Below, piece after piece: positions 46,983-58,011 of a stretch of DNA of 64,000 bases (its first letter is position 1; each line of letters starts with the position of its first letter). The notes beneath the pieces are model-generated. The model was given only the letters and a program-made list of their open reading frames with translations, ran no database searches and was not told the origin of the DNA. The position numbers were made by a program, and so were the translations under genes. The DNA is from Spirochaetia bacterium (lineage in GTDB: Bacteria; Spirochaetota; Spirochaetia; SZUA-6; Bin103), in NCBI GenBank assembly GCA_965198005.1, contig CBDAOI010000004.1, positions 1,613,779 through 1,677,778 on the forward strand, read 5' to 3'.

Positions 46983-48029
46983 ATGGCCCACACGGTTGTA
47001 GTGGATGACGGCACGACCTCGCGCGACGCCAAGGGCGAATGGGTGCCGGCGCGGATGCGCGCGGCGCCGGGCCGCGGGACGAAGGCGTTGCTCCTGCGCC
47101 AGATCAGGACCGTGTTCGGTTTCCCCGGCCTGCTCTGGCCGTGGCCGGCGATGTACGCCGGCCTTGCCCTGATCACTTGGCTGTACCTCCAGCCGGGCGC
47201 CGCGGTGCTCGGATTCAACGATCTGAGCCGGTTCGAGCTGCGCTTCGACTGGCTGCTGCTGATGTACGCGCGCAACGTCGCGCTCGCGATCCTGATCTAC
47301 GGCGGGTGGCACCTGCCGCTCTATTGGCAGCGCATTCAGGGGACGCGGTTCAAGTACAACAGGCGGTGGCTGACCAGGAACAGCAAGGCGTTCCTGTTCC
47401 GCAACCAGCTCTGGGACAACCTGTTCTGGACCCTGGTCAGCGGAGTCGGCATCTGGACCATATACGAGGCGCTGATGCTGTGGGCGTACGCGGAAGGCTG
47501 GCTGGCGATCATGGAGTTCCGCAACAACCCGATCTGGTTCGTGGCGTTGTTCCCGGTGATCACCATCTGGAACGACTTCCACTTCTACTTCGTGCATCGC
47601 CTGCTGCACTGGAAGCCGCTGTATCGCGCGGCGCACTATCTGCATCACCGCAACGTCAACGTCGGACCGTGGTCAGGCTTGGCGATGCATCCGCTGGAGC
47701 ACGTCATCTACCTGACGCGCTGGTTGATTCTGTTGGTGGTTCCCTCCCATCCGCTGCACATGATCTACGTGATGCACTGGGCGGCGCTCGGGGCTGCGCC
47801 CGGGCATACCGGCTTCGAGGAGATGGTGGTGCACAAGAAGGGCGACGTCCGCATGCCGGTCAAGTCGTTCAACCACTACCTCCATCACCGCTACTTCGAG
47901 TGCAACTACAGCGGCGGGCCGCTCCCGCTCGACCGCCTGTTCGGGACGTTCCACGACGGCAGCCCGGAGGCGCACGCGCGCATGCGGGCCAAACGGAAAA
48001 TGCCGCGGGAGGCCGCGCAGCACCCCTGA
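46983..48029 (+). CDS. fatty-acid hydroxylase / sterol-desaturase superfamily membrane oxygenase
   Basis: HRLLHW, HYLHHR, HMIYVMHW, NHYLHHRYF histidine-box motifs. Confidence 0.7.
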   Translation: MAHTVVVDDGTTSRDAKGEWVPARMRAAPGRGTKALLLRQIRTVFGFPGLLWPWPAMYAGLALITWLYLQPGAAVLGFNDLSRFELRFDWLLLMYARNVALAILIYGGWHLPLYWQRIQGTRFKYNRRWLTRNSKAFLFRNQLWDNLFWTLVSGVGIWTIYEALMLWAYAEGWLAIMEFRNNPIWFVALFPVITIWNDFHFYFVHRLLHWKPLYRAAHYLHHRNVNVGPWSGLAMHPLEHVIYLTRWLILLVVPSHPLHMIYVMHWAALGAAPGHTGFEEMVVHKKGDVRMPVKSFNHYLHHRYFECNYSGGPLPLDRLFGTFHDGSPEAHARMRAKRKMPREAAQHP

Positions 48030-48077
48030 GACGGGCCGAGGTTCAGTGCGAATCCAGCTCGGCGGCGGAGCCCGCCC

Positions 48078-49631
48078 TCAGCCGTCCGCCACCTCGAACG
48101 CGGTCACGTTGCGCGTCTCGCGGCTGAACTCCACCCCGATCAGGTGGATCGGCTGTTTCAGGTGACGGTACTTGGCCGCGTAATCCCGGCTCTCGAGCTG
48201 CGCCAGCGCCGACCCCGGCGGCGCCATCTCCACGACCTTGAACTCGAACAGGTACACGTGCCCGCCGGTGCGCACCGCCATGTCCAGCCGACCGTGGCTG
48301 CTCGACTCCTCCACTGCGATCTCGTACCCCAGCGCCGCGAAGTAGGAGTAGACCACGCTTGCGTAGAAGCCCTCGTAATCGGCGATGGCGTTGTTCGTGT
48401 ACCACTGGTACGGGATGCTCGCGAAAAAGGCGTGGAACAGCTCCTTCAGCCCCGCGCAGTCGTGCGCCTCCAGCAATCGCGCCAAACGCACGCTGTTGGC
48501 CGTCTGCCGCTCCGCGTCCTGCACCAGTTGCCGCAGCAGCACCCGGTTCAGGCTCTGGCGCACCTCCCGGTTGGGATAGCCCAGCCGATACAGCGCCATG
48601 CCGCCCAGCTCCTCTTCCCCCGTAATCGTCAGGTAGCCGGTCTGGAACAGCAGCGCTTCGGTGCCGATGTGCTCTACGTCGAACTTCGACAGCAGATCCT
48701 CCGTGCTCACCGTCCGGTCCAGTGACACCGACGCGACCCGGCGCTCGAACAGCGTGTCCACCAGGAACGCCGGGGTCCCGGTCTCGAACCAGTGGGCGGC
48801 AAACTTGCGACGGCGCAGCAGCAGCAGCACGTCGTACGGGTTGTACACCCTCTCCGCGCCCAGCCAGCTATAGCCGTTGTACCACTCGCGCACCCGCTCC
48901 CGGTCCAGGCCTTCCAACTCCGGCGCGAACACCGTCTCCAGGTCGCCCTCCGTGTAGCCGCAGATCGACGAGTAAGCCGGATCCAGGGTGATGTCGGTGA
49001 GGTTGTTCAGGTCGGAAAACAAGCTCACCTTGGTGAACTTGCTCACCCCGGTCACGAACGTGAACCGCACGTGCGCGTCGCTCGCCTTGATCACCCCGTA
49101 CAGGCCGCGCAGGTAGTCGCGGTTGGCACGGGCGATCTCCGGCGTCTCCAGCGCGTCCAGGATCGGCTTGTCGTACTCGTCCACCAGCACCGCCACCCGC
49201 TGCCCGCTCCGCTCGTGCAGCGACCGGATCAGGTAGCCGAACCGTTCAGGCGGCGTGTCGTAGCGCGGACTCACCCCGGTGGCTACCTCCATGCCGTCCA
49301 ACTGCGCCGCCAGGTTGATCCGGAGATAGCCCGGATCCTTGAAGCTCCCGCCGGCGAAGTCCAGCCGCACCACCGGGTGGCGCGCCGACCAGTTCCAGTC
49401 CCCGTGGTCGTGGACGTGGAGCCCCGTGAACAGCTCCTCGTTGCCCTCGAACAGCTCCTTCAGGGTGTCCAGAAGCAGACTCTTGCCGAACCGCCGCGGG
49501 CGCGACAGGAAATAGTGGGCGCCTTCATCGAGCAGCCGTTCGATGTAGGGCGTCTTGTCCACGTAATAACAGTCCTGTTCGCGCAGCTTGCGGAAGGTCT
49601 GCATGCCGATGGGCAGTCTGCGTCGGGCCAC
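48078..49631 (-). CDS. AAA-ATPase-like (PF09820-type) N-domain plus PD-(D/E)XK (PDDEXK_9-type) C-domain protein, copy 1
   Basis: MARRRLPIGMQTFRKLREQDCYYVDKTPYI...LSRPRRFGKSLLLDTLKELFEGNEELF. C-terminal GRLDMAVRTGGHVYLFEFKVVE. Confidence 0.7.
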   Translation of the reverse strand: MARRRLPIGMQTFRKLREQDCYYVDKTPYIERLLDEGAHYFLSRPRRFGKSLLLDTLKELFEGNEELFTGLHVHDHGDWNWSARHPVVRLDFAGGSFKDPGYLRINLAAQLDGMEVATGVSPRYDTPPERFGYLIRSLHERSGQRVAVLVDEYDKPILDALETPEIARANRDYLRGLYGVIKASDAHVRFTFVTGVSKFTKVSLFSDLNNLTDITLDPAYSSICGYTEGDLETVFAPELEGLDRERVREWYNGYSWLGAERVYNPYDVLLLLRRRKFAAHWFETGTPAFLVDTLFERRVASVSLDRTVSTEDLLSKFDVEHIGTEALLFQTGYLTITGEEELGGMALYRLGYPNREVRQSLNRVLLRQLVQDAERQTANSVRLARLLEAHDCAGLKELFHAFFASIPYQWYTNNAIADYEGFYASVVYSYFAALGYEIAVEESSSHGRLDMAVRTGGHVYLFEFKVVEMAPPGSALAQLESRDYAAKYRHLKQPIHLIGVEFSRETRNVTAFEVADG

Positions 49632-49804
49632 GCCTCATCTTACCCCGTCGCCCGACGGATTCAAACACACCCTGTCGGCTTGTCGGCTCGGAGAGATGGA
49701 CACGCACCGCACGCCTGACGATACCCCTGACCTGACCCTGCGTCGGAATGCGCCGGAAAAAGGTGCTTGACGCCTTGCTGTCTCCCGAGACGGCGAGCCC
49801 GCCC

Positions 49805-51358
49805 TCAGCCGTCCGCCACCTCGAACGCGGTCACGTTGCGCGTCTCGCGGCTGAACTCCACCCCGATCAGGTGGATCGGCTGTTTCAGGTGACGGTACTT
49901 GGCCGCGTAATCCCGGCTCCGGAGCTGCGCCAGCGCCGACCCCGGCGGCGCCATCTCCACGACCTTGAACTCGAACAGGTACACGTGCCCGCCGGTGCGC
50001 ACCGCCATGTCCAGCCGACCGTGGCTGCTCGACTCCTCCACTGCGATCTCGTACCCCAGCGCCGCGAAGTAGGAGTAGACCACGCTTGCGTAGAAGCCCT
50101 CGTAATCGGCGATGGCGTTGTTCGTGTACCACTGGTACGGAATACTCGCGAAGAAGGCGTGGAACAGCTCCTTCAGCCCCGCGCAGTCGTGCGCCGCAAG
50201 CAGCCGTTGCAGGCGGATGCTGTTCGCGGTCTGCTGTTCGCTGTCCTCCACCAGATGCTGCAGTAGATACTCATTCAGGCTCTGCCGCACCTCGCGGTTG
50301 GGGTAGCCCAGCCGGTACAGCGCCTTGCCGCCCAGCTCCTCTTCCCCGGTGATCGTGAGGTAACCGGTCTGGAACAGCAGCGCCTCGGTGCCGATGTGCT
50401 CTACGTCGAACTTCGACAGCAGCGCCTCGGTGCTCACCGTCTGGTCCAGCGACACCGACGTGACCCGCCGCTGGAACAGCGTGTCCACCAGGAACGCCGG
50501 GGTCCCGGTCTCGAACCAGTGGGCGGCAAACTTGCGACGGCGCAGCAGCAGCAGCACGTCGTACGGGTTGTACACCCTCTCCGTACCCAGCCAGCTATAG
50601 CCGTTGTACCACTCGCGCACCCGCTCCCGGTCCAGGCCTTCCAACTCCGGCGCGAACACCGTCTCCAGGTCGCCCTCCGTGTAGCCGCAGATCGACGAGT
50701 AAGCCGGATCCAGGGTGATGTCGGTGAGGTTGTTCAGGTCGGAAAACAAGCTCACCTTGGTGAACTTGCTCACCCCGGTCACGAACGTGAACCGCACGTG
50801 CGCGTCGCTCGCCTTGATCACCCCGTACAGGCCGCGCAGGTAGTCGCGGTTGGCACGGGCGATCTCCGGCGTCTCCAGCGCGTCCAGGATCGGCTTGTCG
50901 TACTCGTCCACCAGCACCGCCACCCGCTGCCCGCTCCGCTCGTGCAGCGACCGGATCAGGTAGCCGAACCGTTCAGGCGGCGTGTCGTAGCGCGGACTCA
51001 CCCCGGTGGCTACCTCCATGCCGTCCAACTGCGCCGCCAGGTTGATCCGGAGATAGCCCGGGTCCTTGAAGCTCCCGCCGGCGAAGTCCAGCCGCACCAC
51101 CGGGTGGCGCGCCGACCAGTTCCAGTCCCCGCGGTCGTGGACGTGGAGCCCCGTGAACAGCTCCTCGTTGCCTTCGAACAGCTCCTTCAGGGTGTCCAGA
51201 AGCAGACTCTTGCCGAACCGCCGCGGGCGCGACAGGAAGTAATGCTTGCCCTCGTCCAGCAACCGCGCGATGTAGGGCGTCTTGTCCACGTAATAACAGT
51301 CCTGTTCGCGCAACTCGCGGAAGGTCTGCATGCCGATGGGCAGTCTGCGTCGGGCCAC
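49805..51358 (-). CDS. AAA-ATPase-like plus PD-(D/E)XK protein, copy 2. Tandem duplicate, about 95 percent identical to copy 1.
   Basis: Same length (517 aa), with identical N- and C-termini. The unit period is 1727 bp. Confidence 0.7.
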   Translation of the reverse strand: MARRRLPIGMQTFRELREQDCYYVDKTPYIARLLDEGKHYFLSRPRRFGKSLLLDTLKELFEGNEELFTGLHVHDRGDWNWSARHPVVRLDFAGGSFKDPGYLRINLAAQLDGMEVATGVSPRYDTPPERFGYLIRSLHERSGQRVAVLVDEYDKPILDALETPEIARANRDYLRGLYGVIKASDAHVRFTFVTGVSKFTKVSLFSDLNNLTDITLDPAYSSICGYTEGDLETVFAPELEGLDRERVREWYNGYSWLGTERVYNPYDVLLLLRRRKFAAHWFETGTPAFLVDTLFQRRVTSVSLDQTVSTEALLSKFDVEHIGTEALLFQTGYLTITGEEELGGKALYRLGYPNREVRQSLNEYLLQHLVEDSEQQTANSIRLQRLLAAHDCAGLKELFHAFFASIPYQWYTNNAIADYEGFYASVVYSYFAALGYEIAVEESSSHGRLDMAVRTGGHVYLFEFKVVEMAPPGSALAQLRSRDYAAKYRHLKQPIHLIGVEFSRETRNVTAFEVADG

Positions 51359-52028
51359 GCCTCATCTTACCCCGTCGCCCGACGGATTCAAACACGCGGC
51401 ACCAGTATATACCCTGACCTTGACTCGGCGTCCCCGGCTTGTGGACGCCTACGCGCCCGGTGCTGCCGCCGTTGCGTGCCGCGGTGCGTTCGGGGTAGCG
51501 CCGTCAGCCCTTCACGCCGCCCTGGGTAAGGCCCTGGGGTTGAGCGGCTTCGGAGCTCAAGCCCAACGGCTGACGGTTCTCTCGTCGAATCGCTCGGTGG
51601 CGCGGGGTGCGCCGATCGAGGCGGTGGGGCATACGGACCTCCTGGTACGCAATGCGCGCGGCGAGCGGCAGCGCATCGTGCAGGCCGACCAGATACTGTT
51701 CCTGCATCCGGCGCGAGGTGGGCACGGGCGCGCTGCCGGAGGTGGTGCTGGAGGTGGACAACACCACCGACGTACGCCGCGGCAAGCTCGGCTCTCCGAG
51801 TCGTGGGGTTTTCCGGAGGTGTGGGCGGAGGTGCCGGACGAGCCCGCGCCGAGCCGGCCAGCGGCGCTTGGTCCCGGCAGCGGCGGCGTGAGCGCGGGGC
51901 CCTTGACGTGATACAGGGTTGATAGGGGGCGCAGTTGTGCCTACAATAATGCTTCTGGCGCCGTGCTGGAGTTCATCGAAGCAAACGGAGAGTCCGTGTT
52001 ATCAACTGCTCGAACCGGAACAGGTTGA

Positions 52029-52730
<702 letters not shown>

Positions 52731-53059
52731 TCGTGGGGCTTTCGGGAGGTGTGGGTGGAGGTGCCGGACGAGCCTGCGCCGAGCCGGCCGGCTGTGCTTG
52801 GTCCCGGTCTGACGATCTACGTGTCGGGGCGGGCGGGGCTGCGTCCGGCGCCGGCGAGCTGAATCGGGTGGGGCGTTTGCTGGGTGCTGCGGAGGGCACG
52901 GGGCCGGATAGCGATCCGTTCTTGCGGAGCCAGCGCCGCGAGAGCCACGCCGCGGGATGGGTAGGGGGGCATGCCGAAGGCCGGGCGGAGGCCCAGCGTG
53001 CGAGTGCGCTACAGGTGCTCGAGACCCGTGGCGTTGCCGTATCGGCTTCCCTGGCGGCG

Positions 53060-53350
53060 CGGTTGGCAGAGATGGACACGCACCACACCTCTCACCTTGA
53101 CCCTGCGTCGGAATGCGCCGGAAAAGGTGCTTGACGCCTTGCTGTCTCCCGAGACGGCGAGCCCGCCCTCAGCCGTCCGCCACGTCGAACGCCGTCACGT
53201 TGCGCGTCTCGCGGCTGAACACTGGTACGGAATGCTCGCGAAGAAGGCGTGAAACAGCTCCTTCAGGCCCGCGCAGTCGTGCGCCTCCAGCTTGCGGAAG
53301 GTCTGCATGCCGATGGGCAGTCTGCGACGGGCCACACCTCATCTTACCCC
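53060..53350 (-). pseudogene. deletion-riddled third copy of the AAA-ATPase-like/PD-(D/E)XK gene (3' end, a middle block and 5' end only)
   Basis: 53070-53220 matches the 3' flank and C-terminus of copies 1 and 2. 53221-53290 matches the WYGMLAKKAWNS...CAS block. 53291-53350 matches the N-terminus plus upstream flank. Confidence 0.5.
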
Positions 53351-53498
53351 GTCGCCGGTCGAGTGGCCGCCGCCGGCGCAGCCTGATCGCGGGTGCTACG
53401 CCGGGCGTAAGCTTGTCGACGGGGTGTCGGAGTGTCGGGGTGCTGATCGATCTGCCGGGTGACTTCAAGAAACTTCGGCAGTTGGGCCGTTTCGTGGT

Positions 53499-53527
53499 TT
53501 GACTCCCACGGGAGCCGAGGTTATTAT
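53499..53527 (+). promoter_or_regulatory. near-consensus sigma70-type promoter for the 54.2-kb ABC operon leader
   Basis: TTGACT, 17 nt, TATTAT, directly before the conserved leader block. Confidence 0.5.
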
Positions 53528-54154
53528 ATGGTGGGATGCAGTCAATCGTGACTACATCTGGGTATAGCTGTGCCTCACCTGCGGAGGGCTTGAGTGACTT
53601 ATAACACGTCAACGCTTATGACACTCTGTTCCCCTGACAGCCGCTCGCCGAGAATTGCTGAAAATCAGCTCGCGGCGGGCTTGCTTAATGGTGAGGAGTC
53701 CCCCCCCACACACACACTTTTCGTACAACAGAGCAACCGAGAACAACTAACCGCTCCGGCTGATCGCTCCGTGCGCGTCCCCGCGCACGCCGTCGCCTTC
53801 ACCACGACGCCTGCGCCCACGGCGGCAGCCAGCCGTGGCGCCGGCTCGTGCGATCGCCGACCGAGCCAGCGCAGCGACGTCGTCACCTTCACAGCCCGCC
53901 ACCGCCCGGCGCCGGCCTTGCCGACCACTCGGACTCGCTGCCTCGCCGACCGACACAGGCGTGGGGTGCCACGCCTGTCCACGCATACAAGGAGGCACGG
54001 GATGACACCCAAGACGGGATACGACTAACGCCCCAAGACCGCCGCGCGGGGCGGACACGGAACGACCGAGGGTGTCGCCCTTGCTTTCGAGAGTAGGCGA
54101 GGGGTCGGCAGTGGAATCGGTACTCTCAGAATCAACAATTCGAGGAGATTCTCA
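53528..54154 (+). promoter_or_regulatory. about 630-nt 5' leader with a conserved structured 5' block, a C8(CA)5 tract and a hairpin next to the ribosome-binding site
   Basis: See the 37379-37961 leader. The internal hairpin GC(G/T)CGCCGAGA-TTGCTGAAAATCAGC-TCGCGGCG(C/G)GC carries a G-C to U-G covariation between the two copies. Confidence 0.5.
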
Positions 54155-55939
54155 ATGAGTAATCTGTTCAAAACATGCGTCGCCGTAGTGTTCGGTCTCG
54201 TGCTGATCGCCATCGGCGTCGGGGCAAGCCCGGCCGGGGAAGAGGAGCCGGCCGCGGCGATGGAGAAGGAGATGGTGCTCGACCCCACCACCGGCAAGAT
54301 GGTGTCGGCGCCGGAGTATGGCGGCACATTCACCTGGGGCGATGCCACCGGGGCTCCGCACTGTGACCCTCACATCCATGGCTGGGGGCCACGGGCCATC
54401 GACGGCGTTGCAGAGAGGCTAGGCATCAGGGACTGGGCAGCAGATAGGAACGAAATCAGCTTTTCAGACTCTTATACTCCTCTCCGTTTCGTGAGAGGGG
54501 CGCTGGCGGAAAGCTGGGAGATGATCGACTCACTGACGTATGTCTACCACATCCGCAAGGGCGTTCGCTGGCACGACAAAGCGCCGATGAATGGTCGGGA
54601 GTTCACTGCCCAGGATGTCGTATACAACTTTCACCGTTATACGGGTTCGGGCAGCGGCTTCACCGAACCTAGCGCCGCTGCTGGCACACTCGCTTCGATA
54701 CCACTCGAATCGATAACCGCCAGCGACGATTCGACGGTTGTCTTCAAGCTGACGCAGCCAAAGGTAGACTTGCTGGATGTCCTTGCCATCGACTGGAGTG
54801 CCGCTATGTTACCCCCAGAGGTAATCGAGCAATACGGCGACCTGACGGACTGCGACAACATGGTCGGTACCGGGCCCTATATGCTGACAGAATGGGTCGA
54901 TAACACGTCTATGACGTATTCCAAGAATCCTGACTACTGGGGCTTTGACGAAAAATATCCGGAGAACCGCTTGCCCTACATCGACCAGATAAACCGGCTA
55001 ATCATGCCGGAAAAGGAAACACAGCTGGCGGCGCTACGCTCGGGTAGGCTCGATTACATCGGTCAGTCCGGCGGGGGTCAGTTACAAGTGGCCCAGGTGG
55101 AGAACCTACAGCGGACCAACCCCGAAATCGTTTTATACCCGTGGGCCTTTCGGTCGGAGACCTCTGTTGCATTCAACCTGCGCCACCCGTCGCCCTTTCA
55201 AGACATCAGGGTTCGCAAGGCGATGCAGATGGCCATTGATCTGGAGACCATCAACAATACTTACTTTCGTGGCTTTGCAATGACGAAACCCCAAGGAATC
55301 ATAGGAGACGGTCTGAAGGGGTACTACATCCCATTCGAAGAGTGGCCCGAAGAGACCAGGAAAGTCTTTGCGTATGACCCGGAAGGGGCCGAAGCGTTGC
55401 TTGATGAGGCTGGGTATCCGCGCGGTGCGGATGGCATTCGATTCAAGACCGTCCTGAACCCCGTGCCCTCGTGGGATGTGGGTTATCAAGAAATAGCCGC
55501 TGAATACTGGGCTGCGATTGGCGTTGACGTAGAGGTTAAGATAACTGAAGTCGCTCAACTGATGGCGCTGGTAACTGAAGGTACTTATGAAGGGATGGCC
55601 TATATGGATATCGGCAATGACGGCTCGATTCAATGGCTGATGAGTGTTCTTCAAATCGGAGCGCAATGGGGCCGCACAGGACATCAGGACCCGGTGATGG
55701 ACGCCAAGGCAAAAGCCGCTATGGCCGCTACCAGGCTCGAGGAGCAGCAGCGGCTGGTGGCGGAGGCAGATATGTACTCGATCCAGCAGCATTGGTTCAT
55801 ATGGGGTCCTAAAGTTCCCCAATTTGAGGCGGTGCAGCCGTGGGTGATAGGTTTTAACGGTGAAATCTGGTATACTACACATGCGCCTTTCGAGCGCCTG
55901 TGGATCGATAGTGCGCTGAAGAGCGAAATGGGTTTCTGA
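54155..55939 (+). CDS. ABC transporter substrate-binding protein, family 5
   Basis: 594 aa. Paralog of 11926 and 35597. Confidence 0.85.
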   Translation: MSNLFKTCVAVVFGLVLIAIGVGASPAGEEEPAAAMEKEMVLDPTTGKMVSAPEYGGTFTWGDATGAPHCDPHIHGWGPRAIDGVAERLGIRDWAADRNEISFSDSYTPLRFVRGALAESWEMIDSLTYVYHIRKGVRWHDKAPMNGREFTAQDVVYNFHRYTGSGSGFTEPSAAAGTLASIPLESITASDDSTVVFKLTQPKVDLLDVLAIDWSAAMLPPEVIEQYGDLTDCDNMVGTGPYMLTEWVDNTSMTYSKNPDYWGFDEKYPENRLPYIDQINRLIMPEKETQLAALRSGRLDYIGQSGGGQLQVAQVENLQRTNPEIVLYPWAFRSETSVAFNLRHPSPFQDIRVRKAMQMAIDLETINNTYFRGFAMTKPQGIIGDGLKGYYIPFEEWPEETRKVFAYDPEGAEALLDEAGYPRGADGIRFKTVLNPVPSWDVGYQEIAAEYWAAIGVDVEVKITEVAQLMALVTEGTYEGMAYMDIGNDGSIQWLMSVLQIGAQWGRTGHQDPVMDAKAKAAMAATRLEEQQRLVAEADMYSIQQHWFIWGPKVPQFEAVQPWVIGFNGEIWYTTHAPFERLWIDSALKSEMGF

Positions 55940-56070
55940 GCATGTCGCCGTAGGCGACTTGCAGTGGACCCGCCTTCAGGCGGGGCACGAGCGGCTCCGC
56001 CGTTGGCTGAATCAATCGCCCGTTGGGCGATTGAAACGGGAGTCGCTGCGCGACTCCACGAGCACCGCGG

Positions 56071-56119
56071 GCGCCGGGAGGACGCTTCCGAGTGCGCTTC
56101 AGAGCGCGCTTCCCGGCGC
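56071..56119. promoter_or_regulatory. intercistronic GC-rich stem-loop between substrate-binding protein and permease
   Basis: GCGCCGGGAGG...CTTCCCGGCGC. Confidence 0.45.
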
Positions 56120-56136
56120 TCATTTACCACGAAGAT

Positions 56137-57090
56137 ATGAGAGCCTATGTCATCAGGCGCGTATTGCTGGTCATCCCCACTCTGTTCATATTGACCATAG
56201 TCGTCTTTCTCTCGGTCCACTTCCTCCCGGGCGATGTCATAGACGCCATGGTGGGTGACATGCAATACCAAATGGGCTTCGACCGTGCAGCTCTCGAGCG
56301 TATGCTGGGATTGGATGTGCCTGTCCCCGTGCAGTATGGACGCTGGATAGGAGGTATCTTCCTGCACGGCACACTTGGCGAATCGCTGTGGGGCGATAGC
56401 CCGGTAGAGGAGTTGCTACGAGACGGGCTGCCGGTAACGCTGGGGCTTGGCTTCCTGGCTATCGTCATCGGGCTGGTGATCGCGCTGCCGGTCGGCATCT
56501 TCTCGGCGATCCGTCAGGGTACCTTTACCGACTACGCGGGGCGCTCGGTCGCCATCATCGGCCTGGCAACGCCCAACTTCTGGATAGCAGTCATGGTCTT
56601 GCTGTATCCGGCCATCTGGTGGGGCTGGACGCCGCCCTTGCAGTGGGTTCCCTTCACCGAAGACCCGCTGGGGAATCTCGGGGTGCTGATCATTCCCAGT
56701 CTGATTCTGGGGACCTACCTGTCGGCCAGCACCATGCGGATGATCCGCACCACGATGCTGGAGGTGCTCCGGCAGGATTATGTGCGGACGGCCTGGTCGA
56801 AGGGGTTGCGGGAGCGGGCCGTGGTGATGCGACATGTCGTCAAGAATGCCCTCATCCCGGTGGTTTCGCTGGTCGGCCTGCAGTTGCCGATCCTGGTCGG
56901 CGGGTCGGTGATCATCGAGAACATATTCAACCTGCCGGGCGTAGGTCGGCTCATGGTAGATGCGCTGGGACGCAGAGACTACCCGGTGGTCTCCGGTGTG
57001 AACCTGATGTTCGCCACTGGGGTCATGGCGATCAATCTGGTTACCGACCTGATGTATCCCTATCTGGACCCCCGACTCCGTTATGAATGA
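56137..57090 (+). CDS. ABC transporter permease (DppB/OppB-like)
   Basis: MRAYVIRRVLLVIPTLF... The ORF-track start at 56092 is probably upstream of the real start. Confidence 0.85.
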   Translation: MRAYVIRRVLLVIPTLFILTIVVFLSVHFLPGDVIDAMVGDMQYQMGFDRAALERMLGLDVPVPVQYGRWIGGIFLHGTLGESLWGDSPVEELLRDGLPVTLGLGFLAIVIGLVIALPVGIFSAIRQGTFTDYAGRSVAIIGLATPNFWIAVMVLLYPAIWWGWTPPLQWVPFTEDPLGNLGVLIIPSLILGTYLSASTMRMIRTTMLEVLRQDYVRTAWSKGLRERAVVMRHVVKNALIPVVSLVGLQLPILVGGSVIIENIFNLPGVGRLMVDALGRRDYPVVSGVNLMFATGVMAINLVTDLMYPYLDPRLRYE

Positions 57091-57955
57091 TAGGGGGCGC
57101 AGTTTCTTTGTCAGGCTGTGGCGGGAACGGCCGGTGGGTGCTGTCGGCGGCATCATCGTACTGATCTTGATTCTGGTCAGTATCTTGGCCGATTTCCTTG
57201 CGCCTTATCGCCCGCGGGAGGTGAACCTGCCAGACATCTTGCAAGGTCCGTCGGCCACTCATCTCCTGGGTGCCGACCACCTGGGGCGAGACGTCCTGAG
57301 CCGCCTCATTCACGGGGCGCGCATCTCGATATTCGTCGGGTTTGCCGCGACCACCCTCAACGTTGTCGTGGCCGGGCTGATCGGCGGCACGTCGGGCTTC
57401 CTGGGCGGCAAGCTGGACCTGGTGGTGCAGCGCTTCGTCGATGCCTGGATGTCGTTCCCGGGACTACTGCTGCTGTTGACGGTCATGTCGATAACGGGGC
57501 GGGGGATTCTACAGCTCATCGTGGTGCTGGGCATCGTCGGCGGCATCCCCGCCTCACGCGTGGTGCGAGGGGCTGTGCTCGGGGTCAAGGAGAATACCTA
57601 CTTTCAAGCCGCGGAGGTGATCGGCTGCTCGACAGGGAAGACGCTGGTTCGCCACGTGCTGCCCAACATCGCGGCTCCGATAATCGTCATCTTCAGCATC
57701 AACATCGGGGCGGTGATCATCACCGAGGCGTCTCTGAGCTTCCTCGGTTTCGGTCTGCCGCTCCGGATTCCCAGTTGGGGCGGCATGCTCAGTCGGGAAG
57801 GGCGCCAGTACATGGAGATGGCGCCGCGGCTGGCTCTGTGGCCCGGCCTCTGCCTGACGATCGTCGTCTACAGTCTGAACATGTTCGGCGACGCGGTGCG
57901 CGACCTGCTCGACCCGCGGCTGCGCGGTGGTACCGGTCGTTACGGCGGCAGGTAA
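57083..57955 (+). CDS. ABC transporter permease (DppC/OppC-like)
   Basis: LLGADHLGRDVLSRLIHGARIS...KLDLVVQRFVDAWMSFPGLL. Confidence 0.85.
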   Translation: MNDRGRSFFVRLWRERPVGAVGGIIVLILILVSILADFLAPYRPREVNLPDILQGPSATHLLGADHLGRDVLSRLIHGARISIFVGFAATTLNVVVAGLIGGTSGFLGGKLDLVVQRFVDAWMSFPGLLLLLTVMSITGRGILQLIVVLGIVGGIPASRVVRGAVLGVKENTYFQAAEVIGCSTGKTLVRHVLPNIAAPIIVIFSINIGAVIITEASLSFLGFGLPLRIPSWGGMLSREGRQYMEMAPRLALWPGLCLTIVVYSLNMFGDAVRDLLDPRLRGGTGRYGGR

Positions 57956-58011
57956 GGTGACAGGTAAGCTGACAGGTAAGCAGGAGGAGAGTTGCTCGAT
58001 CGTGCGGAGGA

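Larger units (their letters stand above)
48055..51397. repeat. head-to-tail tandem duplication (2 x about 1.62 kb plus about 110-bp spacer)
   Basis: Direct comparison of 48055-49670 with 49782-51397. Conserved flanks are CGCCTCATCTTACCCCGTCGCC (upstream) and GAGCCCGCCCTCAGCCGTCCGCC (downstream). Confidence 0.85.
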
